A stretch of DNA of 64,000 nt, taken from contig NC_043005.1 in NCBI RefSeq assembly GCF_006345805.1, positions 26,350,001-26,414,000 of the forward strand. The letters run 5' to 3'. The notes below the pieces were generated by a model, which saw nothing but the letters and a program-made list of their open reading frames with translations, was not told the DNA's origin and searched no databases. This document shows, piece by piece, positions 12,194 to 25,319 of this stretch. Every line of letters starts with the position of its first letter. Position 1 is the stretch's first letter. The position numbers were made by a program, and so were the translations under genes. Origin of the DNA: Octopus sinensis. Taxonomy: Eukaryota.

Positions 12194-12861
12194 ATATTTT
12201 ATCATAGATCGACTTCCTTTTTTTTTTTTTCCTTTTTTCGTGGACTTAAGGAAACTGAAGGAAAGAAAAGAAAGCGAGGTAAGAGATAGAAAGCTAGATA
12301 GATAGATAGAGAGAGAGAGAGAGTGGGAGGGGGAAGAATTGTGTGTACGTGTTTGTGTGTGTCCGAGTGTGTGGCCCAGGCATGTATATTCCTGTCTGCG
12401 AAAATCACGTTGTCATTCAGTCTGTCATTCATTTTTCAATTTAAATAAAGGTCATTTGGGTTAAATTTCGTTTGTTGGATTATGTGGTGCGCTTTTGTAG
12501 GTAGCGTGGCGGTTAAGGAGGTTGGTGGAGTGTCAGCAGTGGCCAAGAGGAAAGGTGATAATAAGGTAGACGGAGCGTCGGTGGTACTTTGGAGGCGGGT
12601 GAAAGAGTAAATAAATAATAACATTTTTTTAATAAAACGGAATTGAAAAAAGAAGGGAACAAGACCAGAGACAATAACACCAAGAAGTGGTCCAGTCACT
12701 ATGGCGTCTCAGTATAAATTGTTTACTAAATGAAACAGCGTATAGTGTGAGAGTGTGTGTGAGTGTGTGTGTGTGTGTGTGTATTTGTGTGATGGCATGC
12801 ATAGGTGTTGAATGAGTGAATGCGTCTGTAGCGCATCGGTGTATTCATTAAAAACGCGTCC

Positions 12862-13428
12862 GAGTGTGTGTGAGAGAGAGAGAGAGAGGGGGGGAGAAAG
12901 AAAGAAGGAAGGGAGAAAGAAAAAGAGGGGAGGGAGGGAGAAAGAGAGAGAGAGAGAAAGAAAGGAAGGAGAGAGAGAAAGAGGGGAGGGAGGGAGGGAG
13001 GAAGAGAGAGAGAGAGAAAGAAGGGAGAGAGAGAGAAAGAAAGAAAGAAGGGAGAGAGAGAAAGAAAGAAAGAAGGGAGAGAGAGAAAGGGGGGGAGAGA
13101 GAAAGAAAGAAGGAAGGGAGAGAGAAAAAGAGGGGCAGGGAGGGTGGGAGAGAGAAAGAAAGAAAGAAGGAAGGGAGAGAGAGAGAGAGGGGAGGGAGGG
13201 AGGGAGAGAGAAAGAAAGAAAGAAAGAAGGGAGAGAGAGAAAGAGGGGAGGGAGGGAGGGAGAGAGAGAGAAAGAAAGTAAGAAGGAAGGGAGAGAGAGA
13301 TAAAGCGGGGAGGGAGGGAGGGAGAGAAAGAGAGAAAGAGAAGGGAGAGAAAGAGGGGAGGGAGGGAGAGAGAAAGAAAGAAGGGAGAGAGAGAAAGAGG
13401 GGAGAGAGGGAGGGAGAGAGAGAGAGGA
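12862..13428. repeat. Polypurine compound microsatellite (GAAA/GAGA/GGGA)
   Basis: About 570 bp with very few pyrimidines on the + strand. It explains the spurious ORFs in this interval. Confidence 0.95.
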
Positions 13429-14754
13429 AGCCTGGTCCGTTACAAAAGCCCAAATAAAACCAACACACACACACACATTTCCTTTATGCATTTCGTTCCA
13501 AAAACTGTGACCGTGCTGGAGTTCTGCCATTATCGTTTCCTTTTCAATGGTCAATCTCAAGGATCTGGCTTTTGAGAAATGAGGGAGCTTCAGATATTAC
13601 TGACTTCATCTGAGTTTCTTACCGTGATGCAGCCTCATCTGGGATCTTTGACAACGGAACGACAAGGGAAACATCATTTGTTTTCCAACCACATGGACCT
13701 GGGTTCAGTCCTACTGCACGACACCTTGGGCAAGTGTCTTCCACTACAGCCCGGAACCAGCCAGATTCCTGTAGACGGAAACTGAAAGAACCCCGTCGCA
13801 TGTATGTATGTTAATTTACGAATGAAAAGCAGCTCCACTACATAGTGTAATGTACGCCCATTTGTTGCGCGATAACGTCCTGAGAAAGCTCCCTACACTC
13901 TTAAAAAAGAAACTGACCTACGCGAGATTCGAACTCTAAACGGAACGAATACTGCACCACACTAACAGCTGCGCCAAATCACCATTCCCTTCTTCTTTCA
14001 TCACCTCACTCCCGCATAATGCTGTGGCGTTGTGGAAATTGAATTCTTCAACTAGATTCCAACTCAGCTTCACAACCGCTGTTGGTATGCTTACGTCCTC
14101 GTAGCTTAGCATTTCGGCAAAAATAAAAATAAAATCGATAGAATTAATACCAGGCTTTAAAAAAAAGTATTGGAGTCGATTCATTCAACTACGAATTTTT
14201 CAAGGCGGTGCCCCAGCATGGCCGCAGTCTGATGACTGAAACAAGTAAAAGATAAAAGAAGACGTATAGTGGTTAATATATATATGGTGCTAAGTCCTTT
14301 CAGCTTTTCGGGATCGATAAAATAATTACCAGTGGAACATTGGGGAGGAGGGGTCAAGGTAATCGACTTACCCCCTTCCCGAAAATTACAGGCCTTGTGC
14401 CAAAATTTGAAACTAATGTGTATGGTGGTCAAGTCATAGTACTGGGTGGTGGTTGTATAGAATATATGGTGGACGTGTAAAATATGCGATGTTGATTGAG
14501 TTATAGTAATAGTTGGTGACAGTGTACTATGGGAATTTTACAATAGTACGGGGAAGTGAATGTGTAGTACGTAAGCTATACGAGCTGTACTATCATCGTA
14601 TTGTGAGGAGGTTTGTCTATAATATATTCTCCGTGTGTATAACGTTATAGTATTGGAAATGTCTTGCGTAAAATGTACGATGCACCGAGGAAGACAAACA
14701 TATTATATATTATATTATTGTTATCTTTGTTGATGTTGCTATTATTAATCGTAT

Positions 14755-15060
14755 TAAGACGGGAGTTAACGCGCTGGACGAAATGCTTAGCGGTATTTCG
14801 CCCGTCGTTACGTTCTGAGTTCAAATTCCGCCGAGGTCGACTTTGTCTTTCATCCCAAATTTCAGGCCTTGTGCCTATAGTAGAAAGGACTATTGTTAGT
14901 GTTGTTATTATTATTACTAATCGTATTAAGACGGCAAGCTGGCAGAATCGATAGCACGCCGGACAAAATGCTTAGCGGCATTTCGTCCGTCTTTACGTAA
15001 TCGACCAACAAACACCCTCACCCAAAATTTGAGCCCTTGTACTTATAGTATAAAGAATCA
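14755..15060 (+). mobile_element. Two partial SINE family B copies in tandem
   Basis: cggacgaaatgcttagcggtatttcg at ~14774 and cggacaaaatgcttagcggcatttcg at ~14961. Confidence 0.75.
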
Positions 15061-15743
15061 TTAGTAATCGTATTCTTAACATATCACCTCTAATCTTTTT
15101 ACCATTTACATCACAGATTTAGATTTATGCCGTTCAAAGAAAACAAAACTATTCGGCTGTAGATCGTAAAACTAAACCGTTTATCCGCAAAATAGGGGGC
15201 TGGTGGGGGCGTAAACAATAAGAATGATAATAATTAAAAATGGTAATCAACCCTATTACATCCTCCAATAAATTGAACTCGAACTAAAGTGGGAACAACT
15301 AAATGGACGCTTGATCTGCTGGACATAGTAACCAAATTTCACATGTCAGACCAAGTGTCTTCAAGAAAACACAAAAAAAGTGTACGTGAACTTGGGTAAT
15401 GTAATCTTTGATATAGTTTGAGCGGAAGACGAGATGGTCACAACTAGAACGCCTTTCACGATTGGTGTCTAAAGGATCACTGCTGACCTCCGAGAGAAAA
15501 TAGCTTTGTAGTAATTAATAGCTTGCGATTTTGATCTCGAGATTAAGTAACTGCAAAATCTATAACAACCACTACAAAAATAGCAGAGACAAACACAAGA
15601 AAACGATTCACTAATAATGATGACAATAATGTAACTACGTTTTATCAAACAGAAGACCAAATGTAAACCAATAGAAGAAAACAAAACAAAACCAAAAGCC
15701 GGTTGTATTTTCCATTTTTTTTTTCATTCATGGCAGACGAGAA

Positions 15744-15971
15744 TGACGTAATCTATTGGTTGTTGACTGACTGATTACGTCAACCTTGTATATACCAATG
15801 ATGTTTGCTATTTGTGTCCACTACCATATCTTTCTCTCTCTCTTTTCCTCTCTCTCCCTCTCATTCACACACATACTCACTCTCACACACACTCTCAATA
15901 TATCTCTCCTGTTTCTTTACCTCGTATTCACACGGTCTTCTTAAGAAAGAACCTCATCCTTTTCTTCTCTC

Positions 15972-16005
<34 letters not shown>

Positions 16006-16437
16006 GCACATTTAATATTAATAAATATATACACACACATTACAAAACATACTTCTTACAAATCTGTATCGTAATTAGCAACAACCAGCACAACAAACAA
16101 ACAAACATCATGGCTACCACTAAGGTCTTATTCACAACTACACGGCGCATGCGCTATATTATCACTTCTACGTTAGTTACACGCTGCACACACACACATA
16201 TATATATATATATAAATATATATATATACACTACTCTGAGCATGCGCCGTTGATGCTTGTAGTAAATTATGTAAATAAGCGACGTCACGTGAGAGGAGCA
16301 TAGTGGAGGATGAGGGAAGAAAGTGCAACTCTTGGAAGACAAGAAAGAAAAAAATTACAAAAATATGAAAAGAATACAAAGCAAAAGGTAAAAGGAAATC
16401 AACCAACCAATGAAATGCAATGCAAAAGATGACATCA
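15744..16437. promoter_or_regulatory. Candidate enhancer/promoter module with CRE-like, NRF1, E-box and CCAAT motifs
   Basis: TGACGTAA 15744, ATTGG 15755, TTACGTCA 15775, GCGCATGCGC 16145, GAGCATGCGC 16238, CGACGTCACGTGA 16280, CCAAT 16407, TGACATCA 16430. Motif evidence only. Confidence 0.4.
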
Positions 16438-16959
16438 TCGTCTCGAATCCGGAAAGATGATTGGAAGCGTATCTTCTTACCTGACTGGAGAAGTGACGGT
16501 GGAGAAAACGAGAACGAGGCTACATACGGCAAAGTGAAAGTAAAACGCATTATACATACACACTCACACACGCGCGCACAAATTATACATATGCAACGCA
16601 TACACACATACACACACACACCCCCATTGTATCTTGCTCATGTTGTAAGCATTACACATTGTTTACATAGAGAATACTAGGATATCTAAGTACATTTGCT
16701 ATGTGTTTACTACTACTACTACTACTACCACTACTACTACTACTGCTACTACTACTACTACTACTGCTACTACTACTACTACTACTACTACTACAACAAC
16801 AACTACTACTACTACTGCTGCTGCTGCTAGTCGTGCTTGATTTATAGTATGTAAGTATGGTGTGTTGGCATATGTATAAATGTATATGGTTGGACATGTT
16901 GACAGAGGTATGTGTGTGTACGTATGATGGTTAATGTATGAGTGTGTTGCTATAGTGAC

Positions 16960-16991
<32 letters not shown>

Positions 16992-17111
16992 GTGCGTTCA
17001 TATGTGTGTTTATGTTCCAACGTTCACATGTGTATACTTTCCTGTTGCTACACATCAAACGTTATCACATACATTCATTGTGCTTCGAGTAAGTTCACAA
17101 AGGCAATGCGG

Positions 17112-17196
<85 letters not shown>

Positions 17197-17332
17197 GTAT
17201 CTATGATGACTCTACAAGCAAGACGTACGAGTGACACCTGTGAAGTCGGATTAGGGATGTTACATCGTACCTGGAATCTGCTGAGATCTCAGAAAGTACT
17301 TGCATTGTATTTAATATTGTTCACAAGAGAGA

Positions 17333-17812
17333 AAGACTTCCTGCCGGCCACCCTCCATTTCCTCCCGCATTTTTTCTTCTAAAACCCCTTGTTTTCGGAT
17401 ACGGAGATTCCGGGAAAATGCCAAAAATCGGCATTTTGAAATTTCGTCCCCGCTTCCTCCCATTTCTTCATTTTTGACTTTTCCCCCTAACTCTAAAGAC
17501 CTAACCATAACCCTTAAAGCCCTAACCCTAAACGTAACCGTAACCCTAACTACCAAAACTTTTGGAAATTTTTTTTCAGAATCATAATCTCCGTATTTTT
17601 CCGCATATTTTGAAAAAAAAAAAAAAAAAATCTGAAGAAAGTAAAAAAAATGAAGAAATTCGGCGGGGTGTGGAGTAATTTCAAATTGCCGATTTTTGCC
17701 AATTTTTTTTTTTGCAGATTCGTATTCTCCGTAGCCGAAAACGGGGGTTTGTGTAGAAAAAATAGATAAATAAATAAATAAAGGGGGTTTTGGGGTTACC
17801 AAAGAAAGTCTT
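17333..17812. mobile_element. Fold-back/MITE-like element with long imperfect TIRs and a telomere-like core
   Basis: Left aaccccttgttttcggatacggagattcc..gccaaaaatcggcattttgaaatt pairs with right aatttcaaattgccgatttttgcc..gattcgtattctccgtagccgaaaacggggg. The core at 17485-17550 is degenerate (CCCTAA)n. Homopolymer noise suggests a low-quality stretch. Confidence 0.6.
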
Positions 17813-17879
17813 GCCCACAAGAGTTCGAGGGACCCTGGCAAAAACTTCGTAGTCTCCGACAAGATTCAACTTGCAGGCT

Positions 17880-17914
<35 letters not shown>

Positions 17915-18130
17915 GTGTGTGGTGTGGTGTGTGTGTGTGTGGTGTGTGTGTGTCTGCACGCGCTCGTGCGTGCGTGTGAATATCTGTACACGCGTACGTG
18001 TTGATGTTTGAGTGTATGTATGGATATTTGCATATTCATGATTCTCGCTGCATGAGTGTCGGAGGAGCCCGGTTTTAGTGTGTGGCACCAGAGGAGTTGA
18101 ATTCAGACAGTAACTGTCTCAAAGCTCGTC

Positions 18131-18161
<31 letters not shown>

Positions 18162-18380
18162 GTGTGTGTGTGCAGGCTAGTACGTTTGTGTATGTTGGTG
18201 TTAGCGTAAGAAAATGTGTTACAGGCAGATGTTCAGCAAAAGTTTATGACGTCATGGATGAGTGTGCGACATTGGCTTTCCTCTGCTCAAAAGATCTGAG
18301 CAGTCAAACATACGCTCACTCGTGAGCTCGTCATGTACTAATACCGAAACACTGTCCAATTACGATATGCTTGTATATAT

Positions 18381-18480
18381 NNNNNNNNNNNNNNNNNNNN
18401 NNNNNNNNNNNNNNNNNNNNNNNNNNNNNNNNNNNNNNNNNNNNNNNNNNNNNNNNNNNNNNNNNNNNNNNNNNNNNNNN
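18381..18480. other. Assembly gap (100 N)
   Basis: Run of N; a round 100 is typical of a scaffolding placeholder of unknown true size. Confidence 1.
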
Positions 18481-20119
18481 CGATTTTGTGGGACAATTCT
18501 GTAGTGTAATGACTGAATTAAGCAAACGGTAGAAAATAAAAGGAAACAAAATCAGAGTTTTACCCTTCGTACCAGTAATACAAACTGTTCGGCCTCGTCA
18601 GACACACGGTATAACGCTAATACTGCCCGAGGATATTATCTTGTTCTCGAGGCTGCGGAATACTTATCCACTTACAACTCGATGAGTTGACTGAACAACT
18701 GGAATATCAATTTACTCATCGTCGAAACCGACGAAGATCCGTTTACTTTCGGTTGATCTTTTTATTCAAGAAGTTGCAGGTTTTCATTTTTATCAGTTAT
18801 TTTTAAGCCGGTTAGAAGACAGCGGAGTTTGCATGCCGGACAAAATGCTTAGCAGCATTTCGTCCGTTTTTTATATTATGAGTTCAAATTCTGCCGGGGT
18901 TGATTTTGCCTTTCGCCTCTTTTCATACCCAGTCAAGTACAGGGATCGATGAAATTGACAAGTCCACTCCCGCCTAAAATTCCAGGCCTTGTGCCCATAG
19001 TAAGAAAGAATTAAGCTAGTAGTCGTGTAATAAGAGGGGAGATTTGGTTGTTATATCTAGCACGTTGAGCGACTTGGTGCAGTGACTCCCTCCCTGTAAA
19101 AAACATAGAGGCAACGAAATGGCGGTTGGTTTGGTGAAGTAAAATAACTCAGAAGGAAATTAGTTGTAAGATTTGGTGAGGCTGTTTTGTGTGGAAGACT
19201 TGCAATTCTAAAGCATTCCTCACAGACATACGCACACAATCATACACTCTGACATACAAATGCACACACACACATTGAGGCATATATATATATATATATA
19301 TATATATAAACATACACAAACATATTTATATACCTACATATACACATAGATATATTTATTGATGCGTTTCAGCCTAAAGGCTGTGGCCATGCTATAACAC
19401 ACAAACACACACACATCTATATATTTTATATATATATATCCATGAATGCATATATATATCTATAGATATATATATATATAATATATATATATATCTATAT
19501 ATAATACGATATGATATATAACGCACTAGGTGTATGCACACGATATTATACAAATATATTTATGTATATACATACACAAACACTTTTTCCAAGCAGACCT
19601 CAAAAATCATTATTTGTTCCTCGCACAGATCCTTTCTATGCCTTAAAATAAATAACCTCCTGCCTCCTCCCACTTCTCTTGCTGCTACATCAGCTACCAC
19701 TACCAAGCCTTTACTACTACTACTACTACTACTACTACGACCAACAACATCAATCTATCATGACCCCTCCCTCCTCCCCACACACATACACACTCAAACA
19801 CTCCATTATTGCTGCTACTGCCAATGCTCCCCAGCCTCTGCCACGACCACCACCACCACCCAATCTACTTCACTCCCAGCAAAGCAATGAATCAACCCAT
19901 TTCTGCATGGTGGTTCACTCTGCTAGAAACAGCAACCAAATCTCCCTTCGGAGTCACTCTATTCATTGCCTTATAAACAAATTAAAGGACGTCGTTGATA
20001 ATGTAGTCCTTCGCAGACATACATCCCTTTTTAAAAAGAGTAACTGGTCGGGCACAACAGTGACGGCTGACCTGTGGTTAAACAGCTGCTGCTGCTGCTG
20101 CTACTACTACTACTACTAT

Positions 20120-20151
<32 letters not shown>

Positions 20152-23031
20152 TTACTACTACTACTACTACTGTTCAAATTGAAGATACCATCACCACCAA
20201 AGGAGGTAGCTTCTATACAGTAGTTCGATCTGCCAGAAATAGCAGCTAAGTAAACCTCTCCCTCCCTCTTTCTTTCTCAGAGCGAACCCTATAGTTTCAA
20301 ATAAGGAAAAAAAAAAAAGGGGACACATTAGACAATGTAGTCCTAGATACCCCCCTCCCATGAAAACATGAGGGTCAAAGGGCGATTAGGGATGGCAGTT
20401 TTAGCAATCTTCCCTGTAACAACCTAACTGGGAGAATTTTGTATTAGGCTCACATACGCGCGCGCGCACAGGGAGCACACAGCACACACTAACAAAGACG
20501 CATACACATACACACACACACAACAGAAGCAACAACACAGACAGGTACACAAAGAACTGGATGCACACAGACGTCAATACATGCACACACACACACACTA
20601 TATAAACGTCGATACACGCAGAACACGCACGTACAGCACACACACACATATATATTCAGCTCACTCGCACACATCATACCATACATATACACATAATTCG
20701 TTTACACACTAACATCCTATACTCACACACACAAACGTACATATACGCACGCACTCAGCGGCAGATCCCATTTATAAAGCTGATAGAGAAATTCATTCTC
20801 GTTATCTCCCTTCACCATTTTGTTTTCAGACATGACCCCTAAGGATTTCACATACTCAGCCCCTACCTCAGACATTTCGTGGGAGTCTCGCTAGGGATCA
20901 GTAGTTAACCCTTAGCTCAGACCGCCACTACCATCTTCATCGCCGTGGTCGCCGTCGTTAAGGTCTCTCTCAGCCATCCATCATCGCTAACATCGCACTC
21001 AACAACCACCATTGCACGAGACAAAACCATTCAACGACTATGTGGTCACACGAGCAGCTAGGAACAGCAGTAATACCTCCACAAAATTTAAATAGAAACA
21101 AAGACACATTGGAGAGTACATAGCCCTGAATTACCTTGCGCAAAAGTAAAAGCGAAAAAAAAAAACAAAAAAAAAACAAGATGGTCACCATTGGAGCGCT
21201 CTTGATCATAAATTTGTTGGATTCCAACTGACCTGGTGTTAAATAACAACTACCACGGCAATAATTACAACCCGCCACAAATTCTCATAACCACCACCAC
21301 CATTACTACCATGACATCAGCAGGGACAGACCGACTATCATCATCAACATCATCATCATTAGCATCATTACCATATTGCCCTCGACACAAACTCGATATA
21401 CGCTCGACCTCTTCAGTTAGAAATAGCAGCCAAATCACACTCGAATCCCACAGTTCTCGCTTCTCAAGAAATGCAACAACATAGACAGTGTAGTCACAGT
21501 TGTGTGTGTGTATATATATATATATATATTTGCAGGCTATGGCCATGCTGGGGCACCGCCTCGAAGAATTCTAGTTGAACGAATTGACTCCCCCGCCCCG
21601 TAATACATATATTTTTTTTTTATTCTTTTACCGAGCCGCTGGTGTTACGGGCAAGTAAAACCAGCAACACTGGTGCTCCAGCATGGCCGCAGTCTAATGA
21701 CAAATAAATGGAAAAAAAAGATTCACCACCACCCCTACATCCCCACCCTCCTCGATTTGGCAGCCCGGTGACGATGGTGGTGGGGGAAATGAATGAGAGG
21801 AAATAGGGGGGGGGGCAAAAGGCTGTGGTGGTAGTGGTGGGAGAGGTCAAGTTAAGAAAAGAAAAGAAAGCAGCATCTAAAATAAGATGGATGGAGGTGG
21901 AGGGAAGGGTTAAAAAGAATGTTAACGGGGTAGGAGGATGAGAAGAGGGAGACGAGAGAGAAACAATGAAGGGCTAGAGGAGGAGGAGGAAGGGAAAAGG
22001 GAAAACAAAGAAACATTATAAAATAAGAATGCAGACAGGTAGGAGGAGGAAGAGGAGATAGAAGGAGAGAAGGAGGGGAGAGAAGACAGTTGTTTGCAAG
22101 CAGGTGTAGTGTAGTTAAAAGCCCATTGGTCAGTCTTAATTGATCAGACCGATGACGAAAAATGTTCCGGCCAAGACTATCTCGTCTGATTGTATATACA
22201 AAGACTGCTGCATTAATTGTACATATCCTTTATTTTAAAATGGTCAGTAGGATGTGATTTGAGAAAGATTTGGTTGCCATTTCTAGCTGGTCTAGCAAAC
22301 TACCCGAGCTTTTCGCGTTTTCCCTGTGTCAGTTGATACAACGCTACAACGTAATCTATAATGGATTGTAGCGTAGTATCACATGGTATGGTTTAAAAAG
22401 TAACGTATTTGTAGATTCAACAGTGACACTATCTCTGTGCTACACGTACATGTAACTGTCAGTTGAAACATACCCCCGATGATATATCGCAGTGTAGAAT
22501 ATACTTAATGCTGATACCATTTCAAATTGCATATCACTAGTTCTGAACCTGTCGCTTTGCTGAAGGCAAGATGGTAGAATTTTAAATTAAAATGTTTTTT
22601 GTCCATTCAAAATGCTATCTTTTTATACAAGATATAAAATATATTCGGATTTCAATACAGTCTTTGAAAGAATCAGAAAGTTACTAAACTTCACTTCTAT
22701 TTTAGTTTTCAAAAGACAAATGTTATATTAAGCGTTTTCAATTGGGTGAAATATCGAAAAATCGCTCGTCTTTTTTAAGCGAAGGCTTTTAATGAATAAT
22801 TTTTTAATATTACTTGTGAAAAAAAAAAAGTTTTTATCTAGATGCGTTTTCCATAGACAACATTGCTAATCAAGGTGTCGTCTTCATCATTATCATGTCT
22901 TTCTGGGTGTTTGGGCAATTTGTAGGAAACTTTAGCTATTGTCTTTAGCAAGTCAAGTGACCACATAAAAGACATTGAATGTGCGGAGGTAGGGGTGTAG
23001 ATACCCATAAAACTAGCTCATATGCTGATAG

Positions 23032-23296
23032 TATTGGGCTGGTGCATAATTATTGAAGCTTTTTTTTTTCCCAATAAAATTCAACAAAAACAATAACAAC
23101 ATGTAACAAAAACATCTTTAAATGATTATTCCGGAGCATATTCACCATCTACTTCAATTAATGCTTCCCATTTGCTTGCCAGACGGTCAGACCGTCATTT
23201 AAAGATGCTTTTGTTAAATATTGTTATTGTTTTTGTTGAATTAAAATTTGTTGCAAAAAAAAAAAAAGCCGCAATAATTTATGCACCAACCCAATA
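23032..23296 (-). mobile_element. Mariner-derived MITE with long TIRs and the transposase C-terminus
   Basis: TA-flanked TIRs ttgggctggtgcataattattg / caataatttatgcaccaacccaa extending ~90 bp. The core on the minus strand encodes DRLASKWEALIEVDGEYAPE*, like the mariner C-terminal RWQKVI..NGEY motif. Confidence 0.85.
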
Positions 23297-23333
23297 TTAC
23301 GTCTCCAAGAATATAGTAGTAGTAGTAGTCGTG

Positions 23334-23389
<56 letters not shown>

Positions 23390-25319
23390 GGTGGTGGTGG
23401 TAGTAGTATCTCCACACGACATGAATACGTCTCGTGTAATACAAAAGAACACAATACAGTGTCTTCTTCCTTGGGCAACTTATAAAACTCAACTCGTGAT
23501 GAGATCACAGGGGATCACCAGTTGGAAGCCGTAACCTGGAGACTGAGGTCTAAATACAGCCGATTTTTTTTTTTCTCCAGAGAGAAAGGCATGTAGAGGA
23601 GGAGAAAGAAGAAAAAGAAGAAATGTTATTGTCGATCCAAGTATTGAAAGGGACTTAACGATACCGGGAAGACGAAGGCCAAAGGTAAAAACTGACCTCG
23701 ATGTAAAAGAATGCCGCAAGGCATTGTACCCAACGCTCAAACAACTGTGCTATGTTGCCGCTTATTACGTACTCTTGTACGGTTAAACGGGATGCAGTGT
23801 AGAGCCTGGAAAATAAACCAATTCTTTGTTTAGTTTTCATTAAAGCTGTTCATTTGTTCGATCAACTGAACTGCCTAATCATTAAATTAGTGGATTAGTA
23901 TACATAGTTCTACGGCAGATTGTAAACGAATGACACCGCTTGCGTGACTGTGACTCATTTACAACTATATCGGTATATCAAAACAGTAAGGCAAAAACAT
24001 ACTCATGCACACACACACACACACATATTGGTTCAAAATTGTATAAAAAGGCAAAAGAGAAAACTAAAACAGACCGGTAAGGGAACAAGAAGTCTAGTTT
24101 GACGCTGAAGGAAAACGGAAGAGTCTTTGACGTTTCGAGCCTACGCTCTTCTACACTCACAAGGATTTACGTGACTCGACGTCATAGTATAAGACACTTG
24201 CTTATGGTACCACGTGCGTGACTGAAGCCGAAACTATGAGGCTGGGAAGCGATCTTAAGCACACAGCCATTGCCTGCGCCCAATCCAAAACGACATCCAA
24301 ACACCAAGCAGCCGAGCAATTATCAATCATAGCCGTATGATCTGGTAGCATATATCATGCTTTCGTTAATTGTTTTCCTGCTTATGTAGTCACAAGCAGA
24401 CGTGGACACACTAGAAAGCATCCAGAGTACGACAGCTGGAGGAGCAGGTCGACCTCAGCACCAAGCTAATCATTTCCAGATGGGTAAACCAAAGCGACAT
24501 GAAATTAAGCGGCTTGCTTAAGGAATAGTTGACAGCCAGTTCTAGAGAAAGTAAATTGCGACAGACACCAGATAGACACTGAAAGTGACGATAGTGATAT
24601 CCCGTAATTCCATTGCTATTATTATAACAACAGACCGATGCATAGAACGTAACATAGGAAGCCTACCAATCGAATACGAAATGTAATATCCTTTGCGTTA
24701 TAATGGACTAAAGTGTTCTGCCTGCTCGATCAATGGTCTCAATCAGGCAGCGTCTTCTAGTTGAACACGTTTTTACTGCTCCAACCACCTAATTCCCCTT
24801 ATGCTACTTAATCCGGTGATATTTTCGACGCTTGTACTCATATGAAATTATGGGTACTATCGCCACTATGGCGCAGTTTACCTCCACTTTACTCTGACAT
24901 TAAACTGCATAGTAACCGAGAAGGTCTAAACCAACACCCGACTGCTTGTCGTTTTTAGCTCAGTAAACTGATGCAACATGAATTGAAGCGCTTTACTAAA
25001 GATACAAATGCGCTGCCCGACCCGTCAACCGACCTCACGACTCTATGATCGCGAGCCCGACAGCCTAACCACTAAGCCACGCGCCTTTCACATCCAACCG
25101 TTACAATACGCTAACCGTTATACACCCAATATTCTCTCACAAGAATGTGATTAAACCTCCAGGAAATCCTTCCTTAAAACCAATTGATAAGCATCAGAAT
25201 AAAATTTGCCTCAATGGCATCAGTCTCATCAAACCCAGGTGGGGAATCGTCGTGTAATGTTCTTTCTTCCAGATCTGGCTTATAAAATAAGATATATTTG
25301 TCATAATTTGTCATTATTA

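Noticed and set aside
12709-13560. Long ORFs of 160-283 aa
   Set aside because: Translations of a GA/CT microsatellite with no domain content.
17311-17862. 183-aa minus-strand ORF
   Set aside because: Falls within the fold-back element in homopolymer-noisy sequence; no domain similarity.
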